A stretch of 64,000 nt of DNA from contig DASPVW010000036.1 in the NCBI GenBank assembly GCA_035622155.1, positions 269,890 to 333,889 on the forward strand, written 5' to 3'. The stretch comes from Candidatus Acidiferrales bacterium (GTDB lineage Bacteria > Acidobacteriota > Terriglobia > Acidiferrales > UBA7541). The position numbers and the translations under genes are program-made. The notes beneath the pieces are model-generated. The model was not told where the DNA came from, searched no databases, and saw only the letters and a list, made by a program, of their open reading frames with translations. Positions 9,791 through 19,172 of the stretch are shown piece by piece (the first letter of the stretch is position 1; each line of letters begins with the position of its first letter).

Positions 9791-11293
9791 ATGAAGCGAT
9801 GGGAAATCGTACTGGCGATCACGGGCTCGCTCGTGGTTGGGTTGAGCGCGTTGGCCATCCGCCGCACCGAACGACCGCATCGGGATTTCGTCCTGATGGC
9901 CGGCGGCTGCCGTATGCCGGTGACGATTCTCGAACCGGACAAGACGACTCGCGACAGCGTGCTTCTGTTTCATGGGCTGTCCGCCGATCGCCGAATCATG
10001 CAGAGTCTTGGGAACTATCTGGCAGGACAAACAGGCTTGCGCGTGTATCTGTTCGATTTACCGGGGCATGGGGACAACACGGACACCTTTTCGTTTTCAC
10101 GCGCCGATCTCTGCGCTCGGCTTGCCGTCGAATCGCTGATTCGCTCCGGCGAGATCGACCCGAAGCGGACGATTCTCGTCGGGCACTCGCTCGGGGGCGC
10201 GATTGCCATCCGGGTGGCGGATCGCGAACCGGTGGCGGCGACGATCGCGCTTTCGCCCGCTCCCATGCCTTTGCCGCGGCGGATGCCGGCGAACCTGCTC
10301 GTCTTCAGCGCGCAGTACGATCTACCGATCCTCCAGCGGGCAGCACGAACGCTGGGCCAGGCGGCCGGGGGCGAGCGCGGAGAGCCCGATGATTTTCGCC
10401 AAGCGCGGGCCTTTCATCTCGAGATCACATCGTTCTCCGACCACACGAGCCTGCTTACCGATCCACGGGTGTTCCGGCAAGCCGCTGATTGGATCGACCA
10501 CGTGCTGGGCGGCTACCGAGCTCACAATCCTTCCTGCCCATATCAGGATCTTCCCTCCTTCATCGGTTTGCTGGGGATTCTGTTGCTCTTCCCGTTTGCC
10601 GTAGCGGTGGCCGCGAAGGTCGCGGGTCCGCTCACTACCGACCAAGCGGCGGCGAGCCCTGCTGCCCTTGCCCTGGCTGAAGGGGCGGCGTGCTCCTTGG
10701 CGAGTGTCCTGATTTTGGCAGTCTGCGTTCCTCTGTCGTTGCTGCACCTGTACACGGGAGATTATCTCGCCTCCCTGCTTTTGATCGCAGGCGTTCTGCT
10801 TTTGGCGCTCAACGGAAAATCCGCGAAGCAGGCACTGCGTGTCGATCTCCGCGTCTTGTTTGCCGCTGCGCTCCTCGGATTCGCCGTTCTGCTTAGCCTT
10901 GGGGCTTGGCTCGACTGGCAGATCGCGGACTTGTGGCTGAACCTACCGCGCTGGCTCCGGTTTGTCGGGCTCCTCCCCGTGGTGTCGATTTTCTGTTTTG
11001 CCGAGGAAGTCGTGCTGGGGCCGGTCGGCAAGGGCCGGCTGCGCGCCTGGCGATTTGCCCTTTTCCTTGCTCTTCGGGCCGAACTTTGGCTGGCTTGTTT
11101 GTTCTCCTACTACGCACTGGCCAGTGGGCAGGTGCTCATTCTGATCCTGGGAGTTTCTCTGGCGCTATTTTCGCTGTTGCAGAGGTTAGCGACCGATGCG
11201 CTACGCCTGCGCACGGGCTCGGCGACAGCGGCCGCCGTCTTTGGTGCTATACTCGGCGCCTGGTTTATAGCAGCAATATTTCCACTGACCTGA
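9791..11293 (+). CDS. alpha/beta-hydrolase fused to a C-terminal polytopic membrane domain
   Basis: Start re-picked at ATG 9791 (MKRWEIVLAITGSLVV..., N-terminal TM). Hydrolase core with nucleophile elbow GHSLGG, followed by about 6 predicted TM helices. Confidence 0.6.
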   Translation: MKRWEIVLAITGSLVVGLSALAIRRTERPHRDFVLMAGGCRMPVTILEPDKTTRDSVLLFHGLSADRRIMQSLGNYLAGQTGLRVYLFDLPGHGDNTDTFSFSRADLCARLAVESLIRSGEIDPKRTILVGHSLGGAIAIRVADREPVAATIALSPAPMPLPRRMPANLLVFSAQYDLPILQRAARTLGQAAGGERGEPDDFRQARAFHLEITSFSDHTSLLTDPRVFRQAADWIDHVLGGYRAHNPSCPYQDLPSFIGLLGILLLFPFAVAVAAKVAGPLTTDQAAASPAALALAEGAACSLASVLILAVCVPLSLLHLYTGDYLASLLLIAGVLLLALNGKSAKQALRVDLRVLFAAALLGFAVLLSLGAWLDWQIADLWLNLPRWLRFVGLLPVVSIFCFAEEVVLGPVGKGRLRAWRFALFLALRAELWLACLFSYYALASGQVLILILGVSLALFSLLQRLATDALRLRTGSATAAAVFGAILGAWFIAAIFPLT

Positions 11294-11334
11294 TCCGGCG
11301 GAACCGGACAAGAAAAGAACACCGTAGGTTGGGG

Positions 11335-12525
11335 ATGAAAGAGATTGCCATCGTTGGGGCAGGCCCTGCCGGTTCGCGATGCGGCGAGCGGCTGGCCAAC
11401 CATGGATTCCGCGTCACCATTTTCGACGAACGTCTGGCCTGGGAAAAACCCTGTGGCGGCGGCTTGACGCACAAGGCGATTCAGGCGTACCCCTTCCTGC
11501 TCGACGGCTGCCATCCCAAGAGGGTCGTCCGGACAGCGGAGCTGATTTCCAGCAGCGGGCATCGCGCGCGCTTCGACATGAGCCAGCCCATCGTCATCTA
11601 TGCGCGGAAGGTTTTGAACGGCCTGCTGCTGGACCGCGCCGTTGCTGCGGGCTGCCGTACGATTTGCGCTCGCGTAACCAGCGTTGATACCCATGGCCCG
11701 CGCGTGCACTTGAGGGCCGGGGGCGAAGCATGTCAATCTGATTTCGTTGTTGTGGCAGCGGGCGCGCGGAACCGCTTGCTGCCCGAGACGACGGCGCTCA
11801 GTGCGCATGATTTGGAACTGACGCTCGGTTACTTCGTGCCCACCGAAGAGGATATCATCAAGGTAAAGTTTCTAAAGGAATTCGAAGGCTATTTGTGGTC
11901 GTTTCCGCGCGCCGATCATCTTTCCGTCGGCATCTGCGCCAAAATGGGCCAAGGACCGACGCTCGAGTTGCGCCAACACCTCGATCGGTTCGTCACCGAA
12001 GAAAACATACCGATGACCGGCGCGCGATTTTACAGCCACGTGTTGCCTTCGCCCCAGGCGCAGACGATTCGCGCGCGGCGCATCGCTGGAAAAAACTGGG
12101 CGATGGCAGGGGACGCAGCGGCCTGCGTCGATCCCATCACCGGAGAGGGGTTGTATTACGCGCTGCGCTCGGGCGATCTGCTGGCGCAAGCGTTGATCGA
12201 GGGCCAACTGCATTCTTACAGCGAACGTCTCCGCGCGGCGTTTTCCGCCGATCTGGAATTCGCAGCAGGCATCGCACGCAAACTGTTCCGGGGCACTTTT
12301 TTGGGCGGCGCGATCACCACGCGCATGGTGCAACTACTGAACTGCTCTCCAACGTTCCGCGACCTCATTCGCGATGTCTTCAGCGGCTCACAGGATTACC
12401 GCAGCCTTAAGAGAAGGCTTTTTAGCCAGGTCGGCACCACCATGCTGGAATTCATGCGTAGCTTTTTCGGCAGCGGCGTGATTCCTAGCCCCTCCTGCTG
12501 GAAACGCAGCAATCCCCTGTCATGA
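11335..12525 (+). CDS. FAD-dependent oxidoreductase, geranylgeranyl-reductase family
   Basis: Start re-picked at ATG 11335. Has the N-terminal Rossmann motif IAIVGAGPAGS and the family-typical EKPCGGG motif. Confidence 0.75.
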   Translation: MKEIAIVGAGPAGSRCGERLANHGFRVTIFDERLAWEKPCGGGLTHKAIQAYPFLLDGCHPKRVVRTAELISSSGHRARFDMSQPIVIYARKVLNGLLLDRAVAAGCRTICARVTSVDTHGPRVHLRAGGEACQSDFVVVAAGARNRLLPETTALSAHDLELTLGYFVPTEEDIIKVKFLKEFEGYLWSFPRADHLSVGICAKMGQGPTLELRQHLDRFVTEENIPMTGARFYSHVLPSPQAQTIRARRIAGKNWAMAGDAAACVDPITGEGLYYALRSGDLLAQALIEGQLHSYSERLRAAFSADLEFAAGIARKLFRGTFLGGAITTRMVQLLNCSPTFRDLIRDVFSGSQDYRSLKRRLFSQVGTTMLEFMRSFFGSGVIPSPSCWKRSNPLS

Positions 12526-12995
12526 AAAGACGCAAAGCTTCTCACCGAAGGCGCGGAGCCAATCGCGCGTCGGGACAAACAAAGCGACCGAGCACCCCGC
12601 TTCCGGACCCGCGCCCGCGGATTGGAGCGGAAGCTACCGTGGAGCGCGTCGTCGAACATCAATATACGATTCAGGCGTTTGACCCGAACTTGCCGGCGGT
12701 CTTCTCGACTCCGGCCATGATCGGATTGATGGAACACGCCAGCGCGCTGGCCGTCCGTCCCGACCTGCCTTCCGGGGTTATCACGGTCGGCACGCGGGTC
12801 GAGGTGGACCACCTAAAGGCGGTATCGCCCGGCGCAACCGTGCAGGCTCACGCCCGCTTCGTAAAGTACAAAGGCCGTTTTCTGGTCTTCGAGGTAGAGG
12901 CGCGCTCTGGGGAGCACGTCATTGGGCGCGGCCGCGTTTTTCGAGCGATGGTCGATCCCGAAAAACACGGAGCGAAGGCGCAGGCTCACGTGTAG
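12522..12995 (+). CDS. Hotdog-fold thioesterase (FlK-like thioesterase superfamily)
   Basis: VFSTPAMIGLMEHAS...VGTRVEVDHLKAV...FLVFEVEA pattern. Its ATG overlaps the upstream TGA (ATGA at 12522-12525). The very basic 40-aa N-terminus may or may not be translated. Confidence 0.7.
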   Translation: MKRRKASHRRRGANRASGQTKRPSTPLPDPRPRIGAEATVERVVEHQYTIQAFDPNLPAVFSTPAMIGLMEHASALAVRPDLPSGVITVGTRVEVDHLKAVSPGATVQAHARFVKYKGRFLVFEVEARSGEHVIGRGRVFRAMVDPEKHGAKAQAHV

Positions 12996-13017
12996 CAGTG
13001 GTGGTCGCAGAGGCACC

Positions 13018-13563
13018 TTACTTTTTCTCGGAGATGTCCACCGCGGCTCGTGTCGTTTCCCATTCCAAACGCAACGTGCAAGAATTGCCCGCCTGATCGA
13101 ACGCGATCGTGAAATTCTCAAGTGGCGACGGCAATTTCGAAACTTTCATCGGCACACGTGTGAAATCGTCCTGTTCGCCGGGATAGGGAACGCCCCATTC
13201 GCCGGTTTGTTTGCTGATGATCAGCGTCCAAGCGTCCGGATTGGGTAGAGCAAAAAGCGTGTAACTGCCCCGCGGTACGGTCCGGGTGCCTAGATTCACG
13301 TCGGTGTCAAGGATGAACGTGGTGGCCTCATTGGCTCCCGCCCGCCACACCTCGCCGTACGGCACGAGGCCACCGAAAATCTTGCGGCCCCTCGTGCGCG
13401 GGCTCGAATATTCGATGTGAATGCTTCTGCCGTCAGGAAACTTGCACTCGGTCTTGGCCGGAGGACTGGCAGCCTGGCCGCCCATTTGAGACGGAGCCGA
13501 ACGGGCCAGCACAATCAGAACAAGAATCACACCATACATCCCGCGTGCGATTTTTGGGGCCAT
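13018..13563 (-). CDS. Secreted DUF2911-family protein
   Basis: Signal peptide plus YSSP..RGRKIFGGLVPYGEVWRAGANEATTF...TVPRGSYTLF, characteristic of DUF2911. Confidence 0.7.
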   Translation of the reverse strand: MAPKIARGMYGVILVLIVLARSAPSQMGGQAASPPAKTECKFPDGRSIHIEYSSPRTRGRKIFGGLVPYGEVWRAGANEATTFILDTDVNLGTRTVPRGSYTLFALPNPDAWTLIISKQTGEWGVPYPGEQDDFTRVPMKVSKLPSPLENFTIAFDQAGNSCTLRLEWETTRAAVDISEKK

Positions 13564-13639
13564 CCGATCTCCTGTGCGCGCTCTGTGTGCTTAGACGCGT
13601 CGAAGCCACGATCCGATTCCTGACCCTCCCTTCGGTTTC

Positions 13640-15292
13640 CTAGATCCCAGGGCTTACCGTCTCCCACTGTCCGCGTTTAGCGCAGCGGCGAATGAAGTGG
13701 AGCAGGACCAGTGTTGCGCCCAGCAGTGTGAACCAGATCGCGGTCAATAGATCCACCAGCCAATCTGCCGCCTTTCCGACGCGCGCCAACAGAAACGGCA
13801 AGAAGTTGTACGTTGTGATATGCACGTAATCCCAAGGATCTTGCTTCATCGCGTCGTTGTTTAATCCCCACTGGTCCATTTTCCCCAGTGCGAACGCAAC
13901 AATGTTTTTGAGCCGCAGCGCAATCACGAAGGTCGGGTGCCCGAGCGTCTCCATTTGATAGATTTCAAGCGGGCACCAAAACATCACCGAAGCCAACTGC
14001 ACGACAACGCTTATCCCGACAAGCGCTAGCCCCCATCTCCAGATGGCCTCGCCCACATCGGTGCGATGGCGCATCAAGAGCGGCACCGAGAGGAATGCAA
14101 CCATCTCGCTCGACGTCGAAACGTAACGATCGCCCCAGGCAAAATCGCCGGCCCAGTCGGTGTATCGAGCGTAGAAGCTGATGTAGGCGAGCGTCAGAGC
14201 AGCAAACGCGACCAAGTACGCTCGAATCTCGGGCTGAAATCGCCTCCACGCGAACGTGGCGAGCAGCAGTGTGAGTATTAATAAGGGGTCGAACAGGAAG
14301 ATTGATTTTTCCGGTTTGAATAATGCACCGAAGAAGCCGACGTGGAAAGGAGTTTCAAATGGGAAAGCCGCAGGCAGTTCCGGGTGCAGCATTTTCTGCT
14401 CGCGCCCGAAGATTTGAAGGTATGTGGTGAAAAACGACCCGAACCGAGCATATTGATACGCCCGGTCGAGCGCAAAGAACAATACGTAGACAGGCAGCGC
14501 GATCCTGGCATATAAGGCGAAACGCGCGCGCAGCTCGCGTTTGCTTGCGCCCGAAAGACTCAAAGCCAATAAGTTAAAAAGTGCTACCGCCAGCAGGTCC
14601 ATGGCGGTCGTAAGCCGCGTTAGCAGATTCAGTCCGAGCGCACCTGAGCCCACCAGTAGTGCACGGCGACCGCCCGTGCGGAGCCATTGGTACTGGAAAC
14701 AGAGCCCGGTCAACGTGAGGAGCAGAATGTAGTTGTTTTCCATCATATTCTGCACGTAATGGAGAAATGTCGTGCAGAAGAGCAAGGCCAAGGCTCCTGC
14801 GATGCGCTGATTCGTTGTGAATCCTAACAGCCCCAGCAGCCTGTAGCACACGAGAATCGTCAGAACGCACACGATCGTATTCGTGCTGTAGCTAACGACA
14901 ATGCTACGTGGGCGTGGGTCGTCGTCATAGGTATTGAAAATGGATCGGTTCTCGACGTACGTACCAACAATATCGGCCGGAAGCATCAGCAGCGATTGGC
15001 CGATGCCATACCAAGCATAGAGCTTTCCGTTGCGGCCGTGGATCCCAAATTCCGGGTAGTTCTGCGGATCAACAGGCGGGTCCGACGTCCAGAATGAGTG
15101 CGTAGTCTCCAGTCGATGCGTTGTGTCGCTCGTGCCCAGTTCGCCCGATTGCACCACGAGGGCAGTGAGACATGCCGTGAAGCCGACAACAAACACGGGG
15201 TTATGGAAGAGACGGCGCAAGCATTCGATCATCGCGCCGATGCTAACCCGCGCCTGGGCTGCTTTCAAGGCAAGCCATTCAGCAAGGGACAT
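13640..15292 (-). CDS. Polytopic membrane protein, GT-C-type (ArnT/PMT-like) glycosyltransferase candidate
   Basis: 550 aa with at least 10 predicted TM helices and a first periplasmic loop, the general architecture of GT-C enzymes. No catalytic motif was confirmed by eye. Confidence 0.4.
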   Translation of the reverse strand: MSLAEWLALKAAQARVSIGAMIECLRRLFHNPVFVVGFTACLTALVVQSGELGTSDTTHRLETTHSFWTSDPPVDPQNYPEFGIHGRNGKLYAWYGIGQSLLMLPADIVGTYVENRSIFNTYDDDPRPRSIVVSYSTNTIVCVLTILVCYRLLGLLGFTTNQRIAGALALLFCTTFLHYVQNMMENNYILLLTLTGLCFQYQWLRTGGRRALLVGSGALGLNLLTRLTTAMDLLAVALFNLLALSLSGASKRELRARFALYARIALPVYVLFFALDRAYQYARFGSFFTTYLQIFGREQKMLHPELPAAFPFETPFHVGFFGALFKPEKSIFLFDPLLILTLLLATFAWRRFQPEIRAYLVAFAALTLAYISFYARYTDWAGDFAWGDRYVSTSSEMVAFLSVPLLMRHRTDVGEAIWRWGLALVGISVVVQLASVMFWCPLEIYQMETLGHPTFVIALRLKNIVAFALGKMDQWGLNNDAMKQDPWDYVHITTYNFLPFLLARVGKAADWLVDLLTAIWFTLLGATLVLLHFIRRCAKRGQWETVSPGI

Positions 15293-15431
15293 TTCTAACG
15301 AGTAAAAGAGCTACCACACTGAGTTCTTCGAGATTTGACACTGGCGGTGCGGCCAGCGTATGGTTTCCTCGCAAGGTAGTTCACATCCAAGGTTCGGCCC
15401 TACACTTCCGAGCGTCAAAAGGAGACTTCCA

Positions 15432-15896
15432 ATGCGCAAGCTGCTGGTATTACTCTCTGCACTCGGATTGGCTAGCGCTTTGTACGCAGCCGATTCATTC
15501 TCGGGAACCTGGAAGCTCAACCTCGCCAAATCGAAATACGAACCCGGTCCAGCTCCCAAAGAAACAATCGTTACGGTGCAAGAAGCGAAAGGCATAACCG
15601 ACGTGACCGCAACAGGAACAGACGAAAACGGGAAACCTTTCTCAACACACATGACGCATCCGACCGACGGGGGCCCGGTTAAGTTCGTGGAAGGGGGACC
15701 CACAGACGGCAGTACCGAAAGCGTCAAACAGGTCAATGCCAATACTCGCAACGTAACCGTCATGCAAGGTGGCAAGGTAGTTTCGACCGAGCACATCACA
15801 GTCAGCGCCGATGGCAAGACGATGCAGATCGTAGCGAAAGGTACGTCCCCCAATGGGAAGGCGTTTAGCAACGTAGAAGTCTTCGAAAAGCAGTAG
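15432..15896 (+). CDS. Small secreted beta-rich protein (lipocalin-like hypothetical)
   Basis: Start re-picked at ATG 15432 after AAAGGAGA. Signal peptide MRKLLVLLSALGLASALYA; the mature part is rich in alternating beta-strand pattern. Confidence 0.55.
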   Translation: MRKLLVLLSALGLASALYAADSFSGTWKLNLAKSKYEPGPAPKETIVTVQEAKGITDVTATGTDENGKPFSTHMTHPTDGGPVKFVEGGPTDGSTESVKQVNANTRNVTVMQGGKVVSTEHITVSADGKTMQIVAKGTSPNGKAFSNVEVFEKQ

Positions 15897-15924
15897 GGCT
15901 CAAACCCGAAGAAAAGCGCTTGCC

Positions 15925-15953
15925 TTGCAGTAACAGTATTGAACCGATAGACT
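15925..15953 (+). promoter_or_regulatory. sigma70-like promoter candidate for tRNA-Leu
   Basis: TTGCAG (15925-15930), a 17-nt spacer, then TAGACT (15948-15953), ending 12 nt before the mature tRNA 5' end. Confidence 0.3.
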
Positions 15954-15965
15954 TACAGGCACCGC

Positions 15966-16048
15966 GCCGGAGTGGCGGAATGGCAGACGCGGCGGACTCA
16001 AAATCCGCTGGCCGCAAGGTCGTGTGGGTTCGACTCCCTCCTCCGGCA
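15966..16048 (+). tRNA. tRNA-Leu (anticodon CAA)
   Basis: Hand-folded cloverleaf: acceptor GCCGGAG/CTCCGGC, anticodon stem GCGGA/TCCGC with loop CTCAAAA, long variable arm (type II) and a TTCGACT T-loop. There is one U-U mismatch in the T stem. CCA is not encoded. Confidence 0.85.
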
Positions 16049-16286
16049 GTTTTAAAATCGTCGGTTTTCTCAACCTTCAGACCTAGTGCAGCGTCCAAAC
16101 GTGACCGGGACCTGTACCACAACAGGATCTATCTCGATCAGGAACCCGGGGAATGTGCTACCGGGGGAGCCGCGCACCTCTTCTTGATGTGATGCCGGTC
16201 ACAGCCACAAGCGAGCCATGCGAGGAAAGTTCCAAGACCGCCGCCTGTCTACCTTTTGCAGGCCGATTCAAGGGAGGGAGCGTCGG

Positions 16287-16544
16287 TTGGTCCTCATCGT
16301 CGATTTTAATGGGTTTTGGGATTCGCCAACGAAGATCAGTATCGAGGGCGCCATCCGAAAATGCATCGCCGAGCCTCCTGAAGATGAACAGTGGATCGTA
16401 TCGCTCACTGCGGGTTTCGCTTTGCCGTATTGTGAAGTCCGGATCAGGACGCCGAACCAAACACGCTCGCGTCTATTCTTTGAGCCGCTCGGCAAGCTGC
16501 CTCAAGCCATCACCGATTGGATCAGGCTCTATCCGCTCCGCTGA
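16287..16544 (+). CDS. Hypothetical small protein
   Basis: The frame of the 16218..16544 ORF. A TTG at 16287 lies 6 nt after a strong GGGAGGGAG SD. No recognisable family. Confidence 0.35.
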   Translation: MVLIVDFNGFWDSPTKISIEGAIRKCIAEPPEDEQWIVSLTAGFALPYCEVRIRTPNQTRSRLFFEPLGKLPQAITDWIRLYPLR

Positions 16545-16679
16545 GTTCGCGGCACCCGGCGCTTGCTCTCGCTCTGCATCATTCCAAGAAGCGCCGAAGC
16601 TTGGCACCCACGCAGCAGCTCGGTGTGCAGAACTGTTGTAGACTTCTGCCGTCCTTGCAGGCCTTTTCAGGAGCGCACG

Positions 16680-17279
16680 ATGACCGACGAGATGATCGAA
16701 CGGCTCACGATTCGCGAGATGGTCGAAAACTGGGTTTTATGGCGCGACGCCAATCAGTGGCAGAAGTTCCGATCTCTGTGGCACGACGACGGCCGCATGA
16801 TGGCGACCTGGACACAGGGCACGGCCGATGAGTTCATCGAAATGAGCAAGTCAGGATTTGCCAAGGGAGTGCGCATCTTGCATTTCCTTGGTGGGAGCAC
16901 GATTGAGGTTCGTGGCAATCGCGCGACCGCCATTACGAAAATGACTATTTCGCAGCGCGCCAAGGTTCATGATGTGCTCTGTGATGTGGTTTGCACCGGC
17001 CGCTTCTGTGATTTTTTCGAGAGGCGGGCCGGGCGCTGGGGTCTGGTTTTGCGGCAGCCGATCTATGAAAAGGACCGCATGGATCCAGTCGATCCGGCAG
17101 CGAAACTTACCCTCGATCCGCAACTGCTGGCGAAGTTTCCCGAGGGCTATCGCCACCTCGCTTATCTGCAGTCACAAATCGGCTACAAAATTAAGCTCGA
17201 CATGCCTGGCCTGACCGGCCCAGAGGTCGAGGTGTTGTACGGTCGCCTCGACGGTTGGCTTGCGGGCCAACCCCTATAA
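16680..17279 (+). CDS. SnoaL-like / NTF2-family protein
   Basis: Start re-picked at ATG 16680 (MTDEMIERLTIREMVENWVLWRDANQW...). The pattern is typical of SnoaL_4/NTF2-like fold proteins. Confidence 0.6.
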   Translation: MTDEMIERLTIREMVENWVLWRDANQWQKFRSLWHDDGRMMATWTQGTADEFIEMSKSGFAKGVRILHFLGGSTIEVRGNRATAITKMTISQRAKVHDVLCDVVCTGRFCDFFERRAGRWGLVLRQPIYEKDRMDPVDPAAKLTLDPQLLAKFPEGYRHLAYLQSQIGYKIKLDMPGLTGPEVEVLYGRLDGWLAGQPL

Positions 17280-17304
17280 AATGCGCAGCGGCCTGGCTGG
17301 GGGG

Positions 17305-18108
17305 TTACGTTCCAATGTGAAGGGACTGGGTGAGGCTTTTCAGCGTCGCGATCGCTGAGAACGCCGCGAGCTGCGATGTCCGTGGGTTCGCTTTCGAGGG
17401 AACGTTTTCGACGCGCATCGAGAGGCGCCCAAACTCGCCGCGCACACCAATCTCGTGGACGTTCTCGTTTCCCCGCGGAACGGCGACCACGCGAACGCAC
17501 ACAGGCGCCGACGGTGCCACCACCAGCCGCAACGAGGCCGCCACGTTGGAAGTAGCCGGAAACGCGCGGGCCGCCTCTTCGGCCGAACCTTCAAAGATGA
17601 CGGTGTCCTCTCTCAGATCGTCGAGCTCAATGCCGCGATCGACCACGTATTGAGATCCTCGCAGCGCCTCCACGGGTTTCCGACTGGTCAGCTCGGCCGC
17701 TTCGATCCGCCCGATCGATGCGGATTTGATTCCATCGAGCCCGGCGATCGCCCCCGATGGCACATAGATCCGGCAGCCTTTCTCGTCCGCCTCTCGAAAC
17801 CACTCATAACGGCCCAGAAGACCGCCTACGCTCATGATCAGCATGTCCCGTCGGCACGCGAGCGCTTTGGGAACGAGCTCGGCGAGGGCCGCCTGACTCG
17901 CCGCTTCCACGACCAGGTCCGAGCGGTCGAGCATCTGTTCGATCGATACGACGGGTGGGCAGCTCCGAAGCTCCGCCGAGAGCCGAGCCGCACGCTCCGG
18001 TTCCTGATCGGCAAGCGCCACCAGATCCGCGAGCACCTGTTTTTGGTCGACCGCAGTAGCGATCGTTCGTCCGATCGCCCCGACGCCAAGAAGTCCGATT
18101 TTCAGCAT
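17305..18108 (-). CDS. nadX: L-aspartate dehydrogenase NadX
   Basis: Start re-picked at ATG 18108 (MLKIGLLGVGAIGRTI, Rossmann). The C-terminal part (PSGAIAGLDGIKSA...NPRTSQLAAFSAIATL) matches the aspartate dehydrogenase family. The 119-aa upstream extension in the track overlaps nadA. Confidence 0.85.
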   Translation of the reverse strand: MLKIGLLGVGAIGRTIATAVDQKQVLADLVALADQEPERAARLSAELRSCPPVVSIEQMLDRSDLVVEAASQAALAELVPKALACRRDMLIMSVGGLLGRYEWFREADEKGCRIYVPSGAIAGLDGIKSASIGRIEAAELTSRKPVEALRGSQYVVDRGIELDDLREDTVIFEGSAEEAARAFPATSNVAASLRLVVAPSAPVCVRVVAVPRGNENVHEIGVRGEFGRLSMRVENVPSKANPRTSQLAAFSAIATLKSLTQSLHIGT

Positions 18109-18119
18109 GCGCTCATGAC

Positions 18120-19148
18120 CTACGCGAGCTCGAGCATTCGATCGATGGCCCGCTTCGCCCGCACGGCGATGGCCTCGGGGACGCGAACCGGAGGCGTCAG
18201 CGTCTCGAGCGAATGAATGACTCGATCGAGCGTAATCGTCTTCATGAACGCACACGTCGCATCGGGATTGACGGGATAGAACGTTTTCGCCGGGAACTTC
18301 TTGTGCAGCTGGTGAAAAATTCCCATCTCTGTGCCGACGGCGAACTCGGTCGCCGGAGACTGGCCGATGTGCCGCAGCATGCCTTCGGTCGAGAGAAAAA
18401 ACGTGCGGTCTTGCGGCAGCGTGCCGTCGGCCGCCTTGGCCATGCACGAGCTGACGCATCCACATTCGGGGTGCAGCAGCAACTCGATGTCCGGATGATC
18501 CTCCATCAGGTTCACCACCTGCTCGGGCCGGATGGTTTTGTGAACATGGCAGTAGCCGGGATAGGCAACGATATTGCTTCGGCCGGTTTGTCGCGCCACA
18601 ACCTCCGCCAGGAATTTATCGGGGAGAAAAAGAATTGTCCGGTCAGGCGGAATCGCCCGCACGACATTGGCTGCGTTTGCCGACGTACAGCAGTAATCGC
18701 TCTCCGCCTTCACCGCCGCCGATGTATTGATGTAGGCGACCACCACGGCGTCGGGCAGCTTGGCCTTCCACTTTAGCAATTCTTCGGCCGTGATCGATGC
18801 CGCCAGCGAACATCCAGCGCGCAGATCAGGGAGCAAGACAATCTTCTTGGGCAGAAGAATCGCAGCCGTTTCTGCCATGAAATGCACGCCGCAGAAAACG
18901 ATCACGTCGGCGTTGGTTTTCGCCGCCGCTTGTGACAGCTTCAGCGAATCAGCGACAGCATCGGCCACCTCCTGTACTTCCGGACGTTGATAGTGGTGCG
19001 CTAGCAGGATGGCGTTTCGTTCGACGCAAAGTGCTCGGATACGCTCCTGCTTGCGGCGAATCTCCGACGTCGTATCCTTCACTTCCTCGATCGCCGGAAG
19101 CCTGTAACGTTCATCGAAGCTAATTTGCGTGGCAGCCGCACTCGACAT
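18120..19148 (-). CDS. nadA: Quinolinate synthase NadA
   Basis: 342 aa with AHHYQRPEVQEVAD, GVHFMAETA and HPECGC motifs. Confidence 0.95.
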   Translation of the reverse strand: MSSAAATQISFDERYRLPAIEEVKDTTSEIRRKQERIRALCVERNAILLAHHYQRPEVQEVADAVADSLKLSQAAAKTNADVIVFCGVHFMAETAAILLPKKIVLLPDLRAGCSLAASITAEELLKWKAKLPDAVVVAYINTSAAVKAESDYCCTSANAANVVRAIPPDRTILFLPDKFLAEVVARQTGRSNIVAYPGYCHVHKTIRPEQVVNLMEDHPDIELLLHPECGCVSSCMAKAADGTLPQDRTFFLSTEGMLRHIGQSPATEFAVGTEMGIFHQLHKKFPAKTFYPVNPDATCAFMKTITLDRVIHSLETLTPPVRVPEAIAVRAKRAIDRMLELA

Positions 19149-19172
19149 GGCGAATCCCCTTTGGGTGTTGGG

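Noticed and set aside
16153-16641. A 162-aa ORF in an alternative frame downstream of tRNA-Leu.
   Set aside because: It is Ser/Arg/Cys-rich with no SD. It competes with the 16218/16287..16544 frame, which has a strong SD and more protein-like composition. Neither frame is strongly supported.
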